Source: Deltaproteobacteria bacterium
Lineage (GTDB): Bacteria > Desulfobacterota > GWC2-55-46 > DRQE01
Assembly (NCBI GenBank): GCA_024278765.1
Contig: JAJRSM010000007.1
Coordinates: 1 to 60,701, forward strand
DNA: 60,701 bases
Reading direction: 5' to 3'
Below, piece after piece: positions 28,270-38,674 of this stretch (its first letter is position 1; each line of letters begins with the position of its first letter). A program made the position numbers and the translations under genes. The notes beneath the pieces were generated by a model that ran no database searches, was not told the origin of the DNA, and was given only the letters and a program-made list of their open reading frames with translations.

Positions 28270-29712
28270 CTAAATTATACTGGATGCAAGTCTTGCCAGA
28301 TCAATCAATAAAGTCGGATAGACGCCGTGCCATATAGTAACAACTACCGTCAGTAATATTACAAAATACAGGCACGCCGGCTTGAACATCTTAAACTCGC
28401 CGTCGGGCTCTTTCATATACATAACCATTATGACTCTGATATAGAAGTAGGCCGCGACAGAACTCATCAAAACGGCAAAGATCGCAAGCGGGACCATCCC
28501 CTGACTTAAGAGTGCCTTAAAGACATAGAACTTACCCATAAAGCCTGCCATCGGCGGTATCCCCGCAAGCGAAAAGAGTAAGATCATCATCAGGAGTGCG
28601 ACCAGTTTATTGGTCTTGCCAAGCCCCCTGTAACTATCTAACTGATCGATCCGACCATTTACCGATAACAATATTATTATGGCAAAGGCCCCGATATTCA
28701 TCACGGCATAGACGGCCATATAAAAGAGCACGCTTGAGACGCCCTCTGCCGTACCGGCGATAAGGCCAAGCAGCGCGTAGCCCGCATGCGCGATACTGGA
28801 GTAAGCAAGCATCCTCTTTATGCTCTTCTGACTTATAGCAACGAGGTTTCCGTAACCCATGCTAAGGACGGAGATGACGATCAGGATAATGACCCACTGG
28901 TCATATAAAGGTTCAAGACCGACCATAAAGACCCTAACCATTACGGCAAACGACGCGGCCTTGACTCCTACCGACATAAAGGCCGTGATAGGAGTCGGTG
29001 CGCCTTCGTATGCATCCGGGGCCCACATATGGAACGGCACTCCGGCGATCTTAAAGGCAAAACCGGCAACCAACATAACAATCGCGATACTCAGGGCCGG
29101 AACACTCGTTACCGGGTCTTTCAAGGCCACGGCGATTCCGGCCAGATCCGTAGTGCCGGTCAAGCCATAAATAAACGATATTCCATAAAGCAATATTCCC
29201 GAGGAGAATGCACCTAGGATGATGTACTTCATCGCACCCTCGTTGGACTTGCGACTGCTTTGCTTGAAGCCCGCCAGGACATAAACAGGTATACTCATAA
29301 GCTCAAGGCCGACATAAATAGTCAAGAGATCGACCGCCGAAGCAAGTATCATCATCCCGGTGAGCGAGAAGAGCATCAGGATATAATACTCGCTCATATT
29401 TATATCTTTAGTCTTAACATACTGGAAGGACATTAACATAACCAGCACGGTCGCAACGTAGAAGATCATCTTAAAAAATACCGAGTAGAGATCTATCTTA
29501 TGCATATCTGCAAAGAAGCTCCCGCCGGCCAGATCCCCGGAGGCAATACAATACGTAGCAATAGCAGCGGCGATAATAGTAACAACCGAGATAACGCCTG
29601 CCAGCCCGCTACACTTCTTGATTAGCGGATCCAGGACCAACAATATGCAGGCCACGGCAACGAGTATAAGCTCCGGCAAAAGTGCCAGAACATCTAAAAG
29701 ACTAAAGATCAT
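28270..29712 (-). CDS. nuoN: NADH-quinone oxidoreductase subunit N
   Basis: SNEGAMKY, FKIAGVPFHMWAPDAYEGAP, KRMLAYSSIAHAGY. Confidence 0.95.
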   Translation of the reverse strand: MIFSLLDVLALLPELILVAVACILLVLDPLIKKCSGLAGVISVVTIIAAAIATYCIASGDLAGGSFFADMHKIDLYSVFFKMIFYVATVLVMLMSFQYVKTKDINMSEYYILMLFSLTGMMILASAVDLLTIYVGLELMSIPVYVLAGFKQSSRKSNEGAMKYIILGAFSSGILLYGISFIYGLTGTTDLAGIAVALKDPVTSVPALSIAIVMLVAGFAFKIAGVPFHMWAPDAYEGAPTPITAFMSVGVKAASFAVMVRVFMVGLEPLYDQWVIILIVISVLSMGYGNLVAISQKSIKRMLAYSSIAHAGYALLGLIAGTAEGVSSVLFYMAVYAVMNIGAFAIIILLSVNGRIDQLDSYRGLGKTNKLVALLMMILLFSLAGIPPMAGFMGKFYVFKALLSQGMVPLAIFAVLMSSVAAYFYIRVIMVMYMKEPDGEFKMFKPACLYFVILLTVVVTIWHGVYPTLLIDLARLASSII

Positions 29713-31280
29713 TTAATGGCTCCGCTTGCTGCTACCGCGCCTACCTGCTCAACCAGGTTGTCGACCGAGACATGCAGCAGATTCAAAAAGTCCATTGGAT
29801 GAAGCCCTACCCAGAAGACAAAGACCAGGAATGCAAGGATAGGGATTAACTCTCTGATATTAATATCCTTGATAGTACCTTTCTTTGGTGCCGGGTACTT
29901 CGGTGGTGTCGTTACCCCGCCGTGCCCAAAACCCTCGACAGGTGTGCCAAAGGCGATCCTCTTATACATCCAGAGCATGTATGCCGCACCCAGTGCTATA
30001 CCAAGGATCATAAAGACGATGTAAATCTTGTGTGTCTCGTAAGCACCGATCAGGATCATCAGCTCTCCGATAAAGCCGTTTGTCCCTGGAAAGCCCATCG
30101 CAGCTATCGAGAACAAGAATAAGAAGAAGGCATAAACAGGTACGAGCTTAGATGCCCATCCGTAACGGTCCAGCATCCTCGTATGCGTCCTCTCGTAGAT
30201 CATACCGACGCAGAGGAAAAGTGCGCTAGTCGTTATACCGTGGTTAAACATCTGTAAGATACCACCCTCGATTCCGTTCTTATTCAGCAGGAAGATACCG
30301 AGCGTAACAAAACCCATATGACTGACGCTGGAGTAGGCGATAAGTTTCTTCATATCGGTCTGCGCCAGAGCCAGGAAGGCACCGTAAATTATCGCGATTA
30401 TAGAGAGTATACAGAGCGGGACGCTAAAGTACTGCGAAGCATCCGGGAACATCGGCAACGAGAACCGCAGAAAACCGTATGCGCCCATCTTAAGCAAGAC
30501 TCCGGCAAGTATAATACTACCTGCCGTAGGGGCCTGCACGTGAGCGTCCGGCAGCCACGTATGGAACGGGAAGGTCGGAACCTTTACGGCAAATGCTACA
30601 AAGAACAAAATAAAGATAAATACCTGGAACTCAAAGCCGTAACTAACTGCGGCCATCGCCTGAATATCAAAGGTCTGCCCTGCATGATAATACAGGATGA
30701 TAATACCAACGAGCATAAGGGTACTGCCGGCGAGCATGTATATAAAGAGCTTAATGGCGGCGTAAAGTTTATTAACCCCGCCCCAGATACCGATTATCAG
30801 GTACATCGGAATAAGCATCGCCTCCCAGAAGATAAAGAAGAGAATAATATCCATTGAGCAGAAGACACCTATCATAGCCGTCTGCATGATAAGGATAAGG
30901 ATCATAAACTCTTTGACCTTGGTAGTAATCGCCTTCCATGATGCCAGAATACAGACCCAGCCAATAAAGGCCGCTAAGAAGACCATCAGCACACTAATAC
31001 CATCGATACCCAAACTATAGTTAATGTTCAGGGCAGGAATCCACGAGACCTTTTCCACAAATTGCATACTGTGGGTCGTTGTATCGAATCGCAGGACTAT
31101 AAAGATACCTAAGAACAACTCCACCAGCGTAGTAATAAGTGCAACCCACTTAACCACATTATCGTTCATCCCATTTTTGTTCTTAATTAGCAACAACAGG
31201 GCGACGCCTATAAGCGGTACAAAGATTATGGTGGTCAGCAAATGTGAGCCGACAAACGGTATGTCTAGTATCCAGTTCAT
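29709..31280 (-). CDS. nuoM: NADH-quinone oxidoreductase subunit M
   Basis: FWEAMLIPMY, PFHTWLPDAHVQAP, LLKMGAYG, YSSVSHMG. Confidence 0.95.
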   Translation of the reverse strand: MNWILDIPFVGSHLLTTIIFVPLIGVALLLLIKNKNGMNDNVVKWVALITTLVELFLGIFIVLRFDTTTHSMQFVEKVSWIPALNINYSLGIDGISVLMVFLAAFIGWVCILASWKAITTKVKEFMILILIMQTAMIGVFCSMDIILFFIFWEAMLIPMYLIIGIWGGVNKLYAAIKLFIYMLAGSTLMLVGIIILYYHAGQTFDIQAMAAVSYGFEFQVFIFILFFVAFAVKVPTFPFHTWLPDAHVQAPTAGSIILAGVLLKMGAYGFLRFSLPMFPDASQYFSVPLCILSIIAIIYGAFLALAQTDMKKLIAYSSVSHMGFVTLGIFLLNKNGIEGGILQMFNHGITTSALFLCVGMIYERTHTRMLDRYGWASKLVPVYAFFLFLFSIAAMGFPGTNGFIGELMILIGAYETHKIYIVFMILGIALGAAYMLWMYKRIAFGTPVEGFGHGGVTTPPKYPAPKKGTIKDINIRELIPILAFLVFVFWVGLHPMDFLNLLHVSVDNLVEQVGAVAASGAIK

Positions 31281-31291
31281 TACATTAGCTC

Positions 31292-31594
31292 CTATCCTTT
31301 AAGCGAGTCCATATCATCTGAGTTCAATACACGCCTGTTCCTTACAAGCGCGATCAAAATACCAAGGGCAACGGCTACTTCTGCTGCCGCTACCGTTATC
31401 GTGAATATCGCAAATATCTGCCCTCGTATGTCGTCCAAATAGTACGAGAAGGCAACAAGATTAATATTAACCGAGTTAAGCATCAACTCAATCGACATAA
31501 GTACAATAATAATATTTTTCCTGAGCAGCACGCCGGCCACCCCTATCATAAAGAGGATTAGGCCGAGCCCTATAAACCAGGTAAGCGGTATCAT
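31292..31594 (-). CDS. nuoK: NADH-quinone oxidoreductase subunit K
   Basis: [18 protein letters not shown]. Confidence 0.95.
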   Translation of the reverse strand: MIPLTWFIGLGLILFMIGVAGVLLRKNIIIVLMSIELMLNSVNINLVAFSYYLDDIRGQIFAIFTITVAAAEVAVALGILIALVRNRRVLNSDDMDSLKG

Positions 31595-31595
31595 A

Positions 31596-32099
31596 TTAGT
31601 TCCACCTCTTTTTAGCCATGATAATAGCCCCTACCATCGCAGCCAAGAGCAATACAGAGATAATCTCAAAGGGCAAGAGGTAATGAGTAAAGAGTGCCAA
31701 GCCTATTACCTCGACCGTTGTCTCTGCTCCTGCCTCTGCCATCTGCATATGCGCAAAGCTTTTACCAAAGATCACAATCAAGAATTCTATAGCCATCACA
31801 GGCAGTATCACGTAGACGGGCCACCGCTTAAGTCCGGGAAAGGTCTCAAGACTCGCCTTCTTAATATCCAGCACCAGAACCACAAAGAGGAACAAAACCA
31901 TGACAGCACCGACATAAATAAATATCTGCACCACCGCCAGAAAAGGCGAGCGCAAGAGAACAAAGATGGCTGCCACCTGCAAAAGGCAGACGATCAATGA
32001 AAAGGCACTGTGCACAGGGTTTTTAAAGCAGACGACCCCGCCTGCCGCAGCAATGGCTACGACCGCAAATAATATAAAAAATAATCTTTCTAAGATCAT
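31596..32099 (-). CDS. nuoJ: NADH-quinone oxidoreductase subunit J
   Basis: [24 protein letters not shown]. Confidence 0.95.
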   Translation of the reverse strand: MILERLFFILFAVVAIAAAGGVVCFKNPVHSAFSLIVCLLQVAAIFVLLRSPFLAVVQIFIYVGAVMVLFLFVVLVLDIKKASLETFPGLKRWPVYVILPVMAIEFLIVIFGKSFAHMQMAEAGAETTVEVIGLALFTHYLLPFEIISVLLLAAMVGAIIMAKKRWN

Positions 32100-32108
32100 A
32101 CCTTGTCC

Positions 32109-32774
32109 CTACTTGTCTTTATCCGGGTTGCCGTCACCGTTGTTATCACATTTGTCGTCACATTTTTTCGGTATCGGCCACCAGTAACTATCGCTCTTCT
32201 CAAAAAGATTACCCTTGACCTTAGGCCCGCTCTTGTTGCGCTCGTAACGTGCCTTAACGACCATCCCACCCTTAAAGTTCTCTGGGATCTGCTGGGGCTT
32301 CAAGAGCTGCTCTTTATTCCTGACAGAATCTTCAAGCTTTATGCAGGCAAGTTCATAGTCCCTACCGAGCCGTACCGCAGTGGTCGGGCAGGCATCTTCA
32401 CAATAACCGCAGAAGAAACACCTGGCCAGGTCAACGCGCCAGACCTTCGCGACTCTATCGGCTATGCCACGCCCCGTATCATCTTCCATCGGAACGACCG
32501 TGATGCAATCAGTCGGACAGACCTTTACGCAGAGCTCGCAGGCCACACAGAGCTCGCGCCCCTGCTCGTCTCTGTTGAGCGTATGCGCCCCCCTGAACCT
32601 CTGGTACGGTATCCATTTTTCTTTATCCGGATACTGCATGGAGATAGTACGCGTAAAGTTATAGCGAATAGTAAGCGACATCCCCTTAATAAAATCCACA
32701 AAGAGGGTCTTCTTAATGATATCCACCACACCCGGCGTATCGCGCTCGACAACTTTTATATAGTCTTTCTTCAT
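32109..32774 (-). CDS. nuoI: NADH-quinone oxidoreductase subunit I
   Basis: RFRG, CVACELCVKVCP, CFFCGYCEDACP; ATG at 32774 overlaps the nuoH stop (ATGA). Confidence 0.93.
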   Translation of the reverse strand: MKKDYIKVVERDTPGVVDIIKKTLFVDFIKGMSLTIRYNFTRTISMQYPDKEKWIPYQRFRGAHTLNRDEQGRELCVACELCVKVCPTDCITVVPMEDDTGRGIADRVAKVWRVDLARCFFCGYCEDACPTTAVRLGRDYELACIKLEDSVRNKEQLLKPQQIPENFKGGMVVKARYERNKSGPKVKGNLFEKSDSYWWPIPKKCDDKCDNNGDGNPDKDK

Positions 32775-33799
32775 ATTTTCATAAACCCTGTAACAAGGAC
32801 ATTTACCAGAGAGATCGGTATAAGTATCTTCCAACCAATCGACATTAGCTGATCAAAACGATAACGAGGTAACGTAAATCGTATCCACATAAAGACGTAT
32901 ATCAAAAACCCTGTCTTACCTAAGAACCACAAGATCGGCGGCAACCCTATATTTAAGGGATCATCCCAGCCGCCAAGGAAGAAGACAACGGTAAGCATTG
33001 CTATGGCGACCATCGCGACGTACTCGCCAAGGGCGAAGTACGCAAATCTCATTCCACTGTACTCGACGTGATAACCGGCAGCGAGCGAGCCCTCGTCCTC
33101 GGGCAGATCAAACGGTATCCTGTTCATCTCGGCGATACCGGCGATGATAAAGATAAAGAACCAGATCGGGCCAACCGGAAGATAGAATATATTCCAGTTC
33201 CAGAAACCGCCTGTCTGACTCTATACTATAGTAACCAGGCTCATTGAGCCCGACATCATCACAACACCAACGGCTGCGAAGGTCATCGCGATCTCGTAGC
33301 TGATCATCTGAGCTGCGGCACGCATCCCGCCCATAAGCGCGTACTTACTATTCGAGGCCCATCCGCCAAAGATTATTCCGTAGACGGCAAGCCCTGATAC
33401 CGCTAGCACATAGACCACGCCGACATTCATATCCGAGATCCAGAAGGTCAACTCATAGTCAATAATCGGAATCGTAATCGATGGGGCAATCGGGATGGTA
33501 ACAAAGATAGCGAAGATCGGAACCATCATAATGATAGGCGCGATCTTAAAGAGCCACTTATCTGCCTTATCAGGAACGATATCTTCTTTGAAGATCATCT
33601 TTATCATATCAGCCATTGCCTGCATAAGCCCGTGCGGGCCGACCCGCATAGGGCCAAGCCTTACCTGCATATGGCCGGCGACCTTACGCTCAACCCAGGT
33701 CAGAATAACTGGCGCACCAAATAGCAGCATGCCGACTACTCCTACCTTTATGCAAATAACCACTACCTGAAATAACAAATCCATATCTATAATATTCAA
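32771..33799 (-). CDS. nuoH: NADH-quinone oxidoreductase subunit H, interrupted by one in-frame TAG at 33221-33223
   Basis: ERKVAG..GP.RVGP.G, RAAAQMISYE, then *SQTGGFWNWNIF..AEMNRIPFDLPE continuing in the same frame. Confidence 0.9.
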
Positions 33800-33836
33800 A
33801 CTCAGATCCCTCTTACATTAACTAAGATCAAAAGAC

Positions 33837-34313
33837 TTAATAACCGCGTTTTCTGCCCCACATATAATTAAGCATATCCATATAACGGGTATTCATACTA
33901 CGAACAATAGCGTGTACTGTATAGACGATATTCTTTAAGAGCTTATATACGACCCAAGGATGATTATCAACAAGCCCCTCGAAATCATTACGGTCAAGCG
34001 TTAAGACCTCGATATCCGAGATCGCAACAAGTGTCGCCGAATGCGGACGGTCATCAAGGAAACCCATCTCACCAAAGATATCCCCGTCCTTCATCACGAC
34101 CAGCGTAAAGAGCTCGCCGTCCGGGGCGATCCGGCAGGCCTTGACCTCGCCTTTTTTAAGGACATAAAGCTTAGAGCCCTTCTCGCTCTCAGCGCAGACC
34201 GTATCGCCACGCTTGAACTCCTTCTTATGCAGAATCTCGGCGATAACAGCAAGCTCAGCGTCATCAAGCTCAGCAAAAAAAGGTATTGTTCTAATAATCT
34301 TTGGATCTACCAT
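33837..34313 (-). CDS. Stand-alone cyclic-nucleotide-binding (CAP_ED) domain protein
   Basis: IPFFAEL, LYVLKKGEV, GDIFGEMG, PHSAT; no HTH; GGAGG RBS before MVDPK. Confidence 0.88.
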   Translation of the reverse strand: MVDPKIIRTIPFFAELDDAELAVIAEILHKKEFKRGDTVCAESEKGSKLYVLKKGEVKACRIAPDGELFTLVVMKDGDIFGEMGFLDDRPHSATLVAISDIEVLTLDRNDFEGLVDNHPWVVYKLLKNIVYTVHAIVRSMNTRYMDMLNYMWGRKRGY

Positions 34314-34358
34314 GCTACTAACCTCCCCGACACCCCTCATTGGGCTCGGCTAATGGTT

Positions 34359-36875
34359 TTAAGACGTTATCTTAACCAGTGGTATTGTCTCGCCACGCTT
34401 GAAAAATCTATTTATCGGTTTATCCTCATAATTTTCTGCTATAAATACCACCCCAGCAGGAGTGCCCTTGCTAATCTTCAGGCGGAAACTATCGAGATAA
34501 CCCTCACTGGCGACATTAATATTCTGCCCGTCTTCTAGGCCCAAGGCCTTGGCAGTCTCAGGCCCTACCTCTGCCACTGGCTCTTTTAAAAGGCTACCAA
34601 GTATATCAGAATAAGAAGACAGATTGCCGGAATAAAAAAGATGATTTCCTGTTATAAGCCGCAGCGGATACTCCTCGGTTGGCACTGCCCCCGGGCTCTC
34701 TGCCACGTTAAAAAAGGCCTCAAGGCTAACGTCTGTAGAGATAACGCTGCCGCAGTCCTTACCTGTTGATTTATTATCGATATTCAGGTAGCTAGGCACT
34801 ACCTTCTGAATACAACCAAAGATATCCGTACAGCCGTCGTCCATAAAGCCCTTGGATACCGTTGATGCGATATCCCCCATAATATCAAGGTCAATACGCG
34901 CCCCGCCCGGAGGTGACTGAATCGGAGCAAGGTTCTGTACCCTTCCCACCTGATTGGTAAATGTCCCGGTCTTCTCACCGGCAAGAGCACCGGGAAGGAT
35001 CAGGTCGGCCTTTAGAGCCGTATCCGTCATAAAGGTCTCCTGAACAATCAGGAAGCCGACTTTGGACAAAGCATCTTCGGCAAAGGCCCTATCCGGATAC
35101 ATCCCTGCGATATCCTCACCAATTACATACATAAGATCCATCTCGCCGGCTGCCGCGGCCTCTAACATACCGTAGCAATCAAGACCTTTTTCATCATCAG
35201 AAAGAGGACTGAAGCCCGGACCAAGACTTGGATGAACGCCCATGCCCCACGCGCCACGCTGATTGGCCCTGTCGAGGATCGGCAGGATGCGAAGCCTCTT
35301 ACCCATCGCCTCCAGAGCGAGCTTTAAGAGCCTGAGCCCTCTAGCCCCTTGGTCGAGCTTTAGAATATCGGTTCCGGCCAAAATACTTATCGTCTCGGAA
35401 CGCTTTAACCTCATTGAGAGTTGGCGAAGTTCGTCTACGGTAACACCGGCAAGCTTCGCCAGTTCAGCGATAGAGACCTTACTGCTTAGTCCCACTTCCT
35501 CAAGACTTGCCAACCCGCCCGCATCACCTTCATAAAGACACAGAATAAGGGCGTTAAGAAACTTTGCCAGCTCACCGGGGGTATGCCTAAGAGACTGATG
35601 CGCCGTTGCGTCAAGCTTCATGGCACGAGGTGATACGATAACAAGGTTAGACCTTCCGCTATCGGTAACGTGCCTTACTATATAATCAATAACAGGGTTT
35701 TCTTCCGAAAGCTGCGTGCCCAGAACAAAGACGGTATCAGAGTTTACTGCCTTATAGATAGTCCGCCCACCTTCATTAATAGCCGTGGCAGCCATATAAG
35801 CCCCTGCCGTATCCCCAGACCAGCGTGAAGTGGAATCTAGGTTTGGCGTACCCATCGCCTCGCGCATCAGCTTTTGAAAAAAGAATAGCTCTTCATTAGG
35901 CAAAGACGCCGTGGCAACACCACCACGCTTCTCTGGCGAGGTCTTTGCGAACTCGGCACTTATCATGCCCATGGCCTCGGACCAGCTAATCTCCTCAAAA
36001 CCGTCGCCCTTTTTTCTAAGCGGCTTGGTAAGTCTCTTATCACTATTTAAAATATCATATCCAAAACGTCCTCTGGCGCACATCAGCCAGTCATTAAAAC
36101 CAAGGCCCTTAAAGGCAATAGAACGCACGACCTCGCCGTCACGTTCCTGCAAAGTAGTCTTACAGCCTGTAGCGCAGTACGGGCATACAGATATAGCACT
36201 CTTCAGATCCCAAGGCCTTGCCTTATACCTGTAAGGCAACCTCATAAAGCAACCAACAGGACAGACCTCTATACACATGCCACAGCTATCGCAATCAAGC
36301 TCGCCCTTTCTAAAGCTCGTCTCCTCCTGATAAGCCCCTCGCCCTACCGAGCCCAGAACGCCCCTGCCAACGACCTCTCGACAGACCCTGACGCATCTAA
36401 CACATTGCACGCACCTATTGGAGTTCTTAATAATAACAGGGCTTATTATATAGTCCTTCACGTGAAGGCTAATCTTTTTCTCTTCAAATTTACTCTTTCT
36501 CTGCCCGTGCGAATAGACCATATCCTGCAACTCACACTCACCGGCCTTATCGCAGACAGGGCAATCCTTAGCGTGGTTACTGAGGAGAAACTCAAGCATA
36601 GATCTTCTGGCCGATACAACAGTCTCGCTATTGGTAGCGATCTTCATCCCGTCCATAACAGGGGTTATGCAGGCAGGCTGAAGCTTTTTCTGCCCCTCAA
36701 TCTCTACTATACACATCCTGCAAGAGCCGATCCCGGAAAGACGCGCCTGATAGCAGAAAGTAGGTATAGTAACATCTACCTCTTTGGCCGCGTCAAGAAT
36801 AAGCGTGCCAAAAGGTACGCGGACCTCTTTACCGTCTATCTCAAGGATTAATTTATCGTCTACTGCTTCAACCAT
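34359..36875 (-). CDS. nuoG: NADH-quinone oxidoreductase subunit G
   Basis: IPTFC, CRMC, H..DCPVCDKAGECELQD, CVQCVRC, CPVG, CPYCATGC. Confidence 0.92.
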   Translation of the reverse strand: MVEAVDDKLILEIDGKEVRVPFGTLILDAAKEVDVTIPTFCYQARLSGIGSCRMCIVEIEGQKKLQPACITPVMDGMKIATNSETVVSARRSMLEFLLSNHAKDCPVCDKAGECELQDMVYSHGQRKSKFEEKKISLHVKDYIISPVIIKNSNRCVQCVRCVRVCREVVGRGVLGSVGRGAYQEETSFRKGELDCDSCGMCIEVCPVGCFMRLPYRYKARPWDLKSAISVCPYCATGCKTTLQERDGEVVRSIAFKGLGFNDWLMCARGRFGYDILNSDKRLTKPLRKKGDGFEEISWSEAMGMISAEFAKTSPEKRGGVATASLPNEELFFFQKLMREAMGTPNLDSTSRWSGDTAGAYMAATAINEGGRTIYKAVNSDTVFVLGTQLSEENPVIDYIVRHVTDSGRSNLVIVSPRAMKLDATAHQSLRHTPGELAKFLNALILCLYEGDAGGLASLEEVGLSSKVSIAELAKLAGVTVDELRQLSMRLKRSETISILAGTDILKLDQGARGLRLLKLALEAMGKRLRILPILDRANQRGAWGMGVHPSLGPGFSPLSDDEKGLDCYGMLEAAAAGEMDLMYVIGEDIAGMYPDRAFAEDALSKVGFLIVQETFMTDTALKADLILPGALAGEKTGTFTNQVGRVQNLAPIQSPPGGARIDLDIMGDIASTVSKGFMDDGCTDIFGCIQKVVPSYLNIDNKSTGKDCGSVISTDVSLEAFFNVAESPGAVPTEEYPLRLITGNHLFYSGNLSSYSDILGSLLKEPVAEVGPETAKALGLEDGQNINVASEGYLDSFRLKISKGTPAGVVFIAENYEDKPINRFFKRGETIPLVKITS

Positions 36876-36895
36876 AACTTATTAAAAATACCTCT

Positions 36896-38170
36896 TTAAA
36901 AGCCGCCCTTAACCATGCACCGGCCATTTTCAACGTGATAGACAAACTCTTCTCTGAAGTGCTTCAAGCAACCCCGCAAGGCCATCACAGCACCGTCACC
37001 AAGCGGACAGAAGGTACGGCCAAAGATATTGTCGCAGAGCCTTTCAAGCTCTTCAACATCCCCGGGACGCCCCTCGCCGTTCTCCATGCGTTCAAGTATC
37101 TGCGTCATCCAGATAGTACCCTCACGACACGGTGTGCATTTACCGCAGGACTCATGGCTGAAAAACCTATTGATTATATAAGATGTCCTTACCATACAGG
37201 TAGTATCATCCATAACAATAACAGCACCAGAGCCGAGCATGCTACCAGCCTGCGCCATAGTATCAAAGTCCATGGAAAGGTCCAGATCCTTTTCAACAAG
37301 CATCGGTGCCGTAACACCACCCGGGATCACGGCCTTGAACTTCCGACCAGCCTTTATGCCACCACAGACCTCATAGATTATCTCTCTGCCCGTTGTACCC
37401 ATCGGCAACTCATAGACGCCGGGCTTTTCAATATGACCGCTTACACAAAAAAGCTTTGGCCCCGGGCTCTTCTCAGGCCCCATATTCGCGAACCACTTAG
37501 AGCCCTTCCTGATAATCCCCGGAATACACGCCAAGCTCTCAACATTATTGATGACCGTAGGCTTACCGTTCAAGCCAGCAAGTGCCGGAAACGGAGGCTT
37601 CTTACGAGGCTGGCCCCGGTAACCCTCAATAGATTCCAGGAGTGCCGTCTCCTCACCACATATATATGCCCCGTAACCCCTGTGTACATACATATCAAGC
37701 GAGAAATCCGTGCCCATTATATTCTTACCGAGATAACCTTTTTCGTAGGCCTCTTCTATTGCCTGCTCCAGGATCTGCGCACCGTACTCAAACTCACCCC
37801 TAATATAGATATATGATTTATCCGAATTTATCGCATGGCAGGTTATAGCCATCCCTTCTATAAGTAGATGCGGATCTTTCTCAATGATAATCCTATCCTT
37901 AAACGTCCCGGGCTCACCCTCATCGGCGTTACAGCAGAGGTACTTCTGGAGTGACGGATCCTTCGGAATAAAGCTCCACTTAAGGCCAGCCGGAAAACCC
38001 GCACCGCCTCTACCACGAAGCCCCGAGTCCTTTACCAGCTGAACGAGATCATCTCGTCCCATAGCAAGGGCCTTACGAAGGTCTTCGTAACCACCACCGG
38101 CCAGATAGGTATCTAGCTTATGGGAGTTCGGTTTATCGACATTATGTAGGAGTATCTTTTCCACAGCCAT
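36896..38170 (-). CDS. nuoF: NADH-quinone oxidoreductase subunit F
   Basis: GRGGAGFP, NADEGEPG, YICGEET, ESCGKCTPCREG. Confidence 0.97.
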   Translation of the reverse strand: MAVEKILLHNVDKPNSHKLDTYLAGGGYEDLRKALAMGRDDLVQLVKDSGLRGRGGAGFPAGLKWSFIPKDPSLQKYLCCNADEGEPGTFKDRIIIEKDPHLLIEGMAITCHAINSDKSYIYIRGEFEYGAQILEQAIEEAYEKGYLGKNIMGTDFSLDMYVHRGYGAYICGEETALLESIEGYRGQPRKKPPFPALAGLNGKPTVINNVESLACIPGIIRKGSKWFANMGPEKSPGPKLFCVSGHIEKPGVYELPMGTTGREIIYEVCGGIKAGRKFKAVIPGGVTAPMLVEKDLDLSMDFDTMAQAGSMLGSGAVIVMDDTTCMVRTSYIINRFFSHESCGKCTPCREGTIWMTQILERMENGEGRPGDVEELERLCDNIFGRTFCPLGDGAVMALRGCLKHFREEFVYHVENGRCMVKGGF

Positions 38171-38637
38171 TACTCAAAACCATCCAGTATCTCTATTACG
38201 TTACGCTCGGTGAGATCCTCATAGAACTCTTCATTTACCTGCATCATCGGGGCTGTGCCGCAACTGCCAAGACACTGCACCCGAGAAAGCGTATACCGCT
38301 TATCCGCCGTGGTCTCACCGACCTTTATCTTAAGATGCCTCTCTATAACCGTTATGATATGCTCGGCCCCTACCAGAGCGCACGGCAGATTTTCACAGAC
38401 CTGTACGTGGTACTTACCAACAGGACGCTCGACATTATACATAGTATAAAAACCGCCGATCTCATCAAGCTCTATAGGCTTCATATCCAGCATCTCGGCG
38501 ATCTCAATAAGGTCTTCCTTAGTAAGATGACCGATCTCACGCTGAACTATCTGCATAGCCGTCATCGAGACCGAGTGCAGGTCAGAGTAATTGCCGTATA
38601 TCTTCTTTATTTTTTCTTTTGCGCAATCCGAGAGCAT
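38170..38637 (-). CDS. nuoE: NADH-quinone oxidoreductase subunit E
   Basis: FYTMY, CENLPC, CLGSC..AP. Confidence 0.95.
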   Translation of the reverse strand: MLSDCAKEKIKKIYGNYSDLHSVSMTAMQIVQREIGHLTKEDLIEIAEMLDMKPIELDEIGGFYTMYNVERPVGKYHVQVCENLPCALVGAEHIITVIERHLKIKVGETTADKRYTLSRVQCLGSCGTAPMMQVNEEFYEDLTERNVIEILDGFE

Positions 38638-38674
38638 TTTTCAACATCCATAAAACTATTTTTCTGCAAATCAG

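Noticed and set aside
33221-33223. Genome-wide TAG reassignment
   Set aside because: Many conserved genes here end at TAG at their expected C-termini (e.g. dnaB, def, prs, nuoA)
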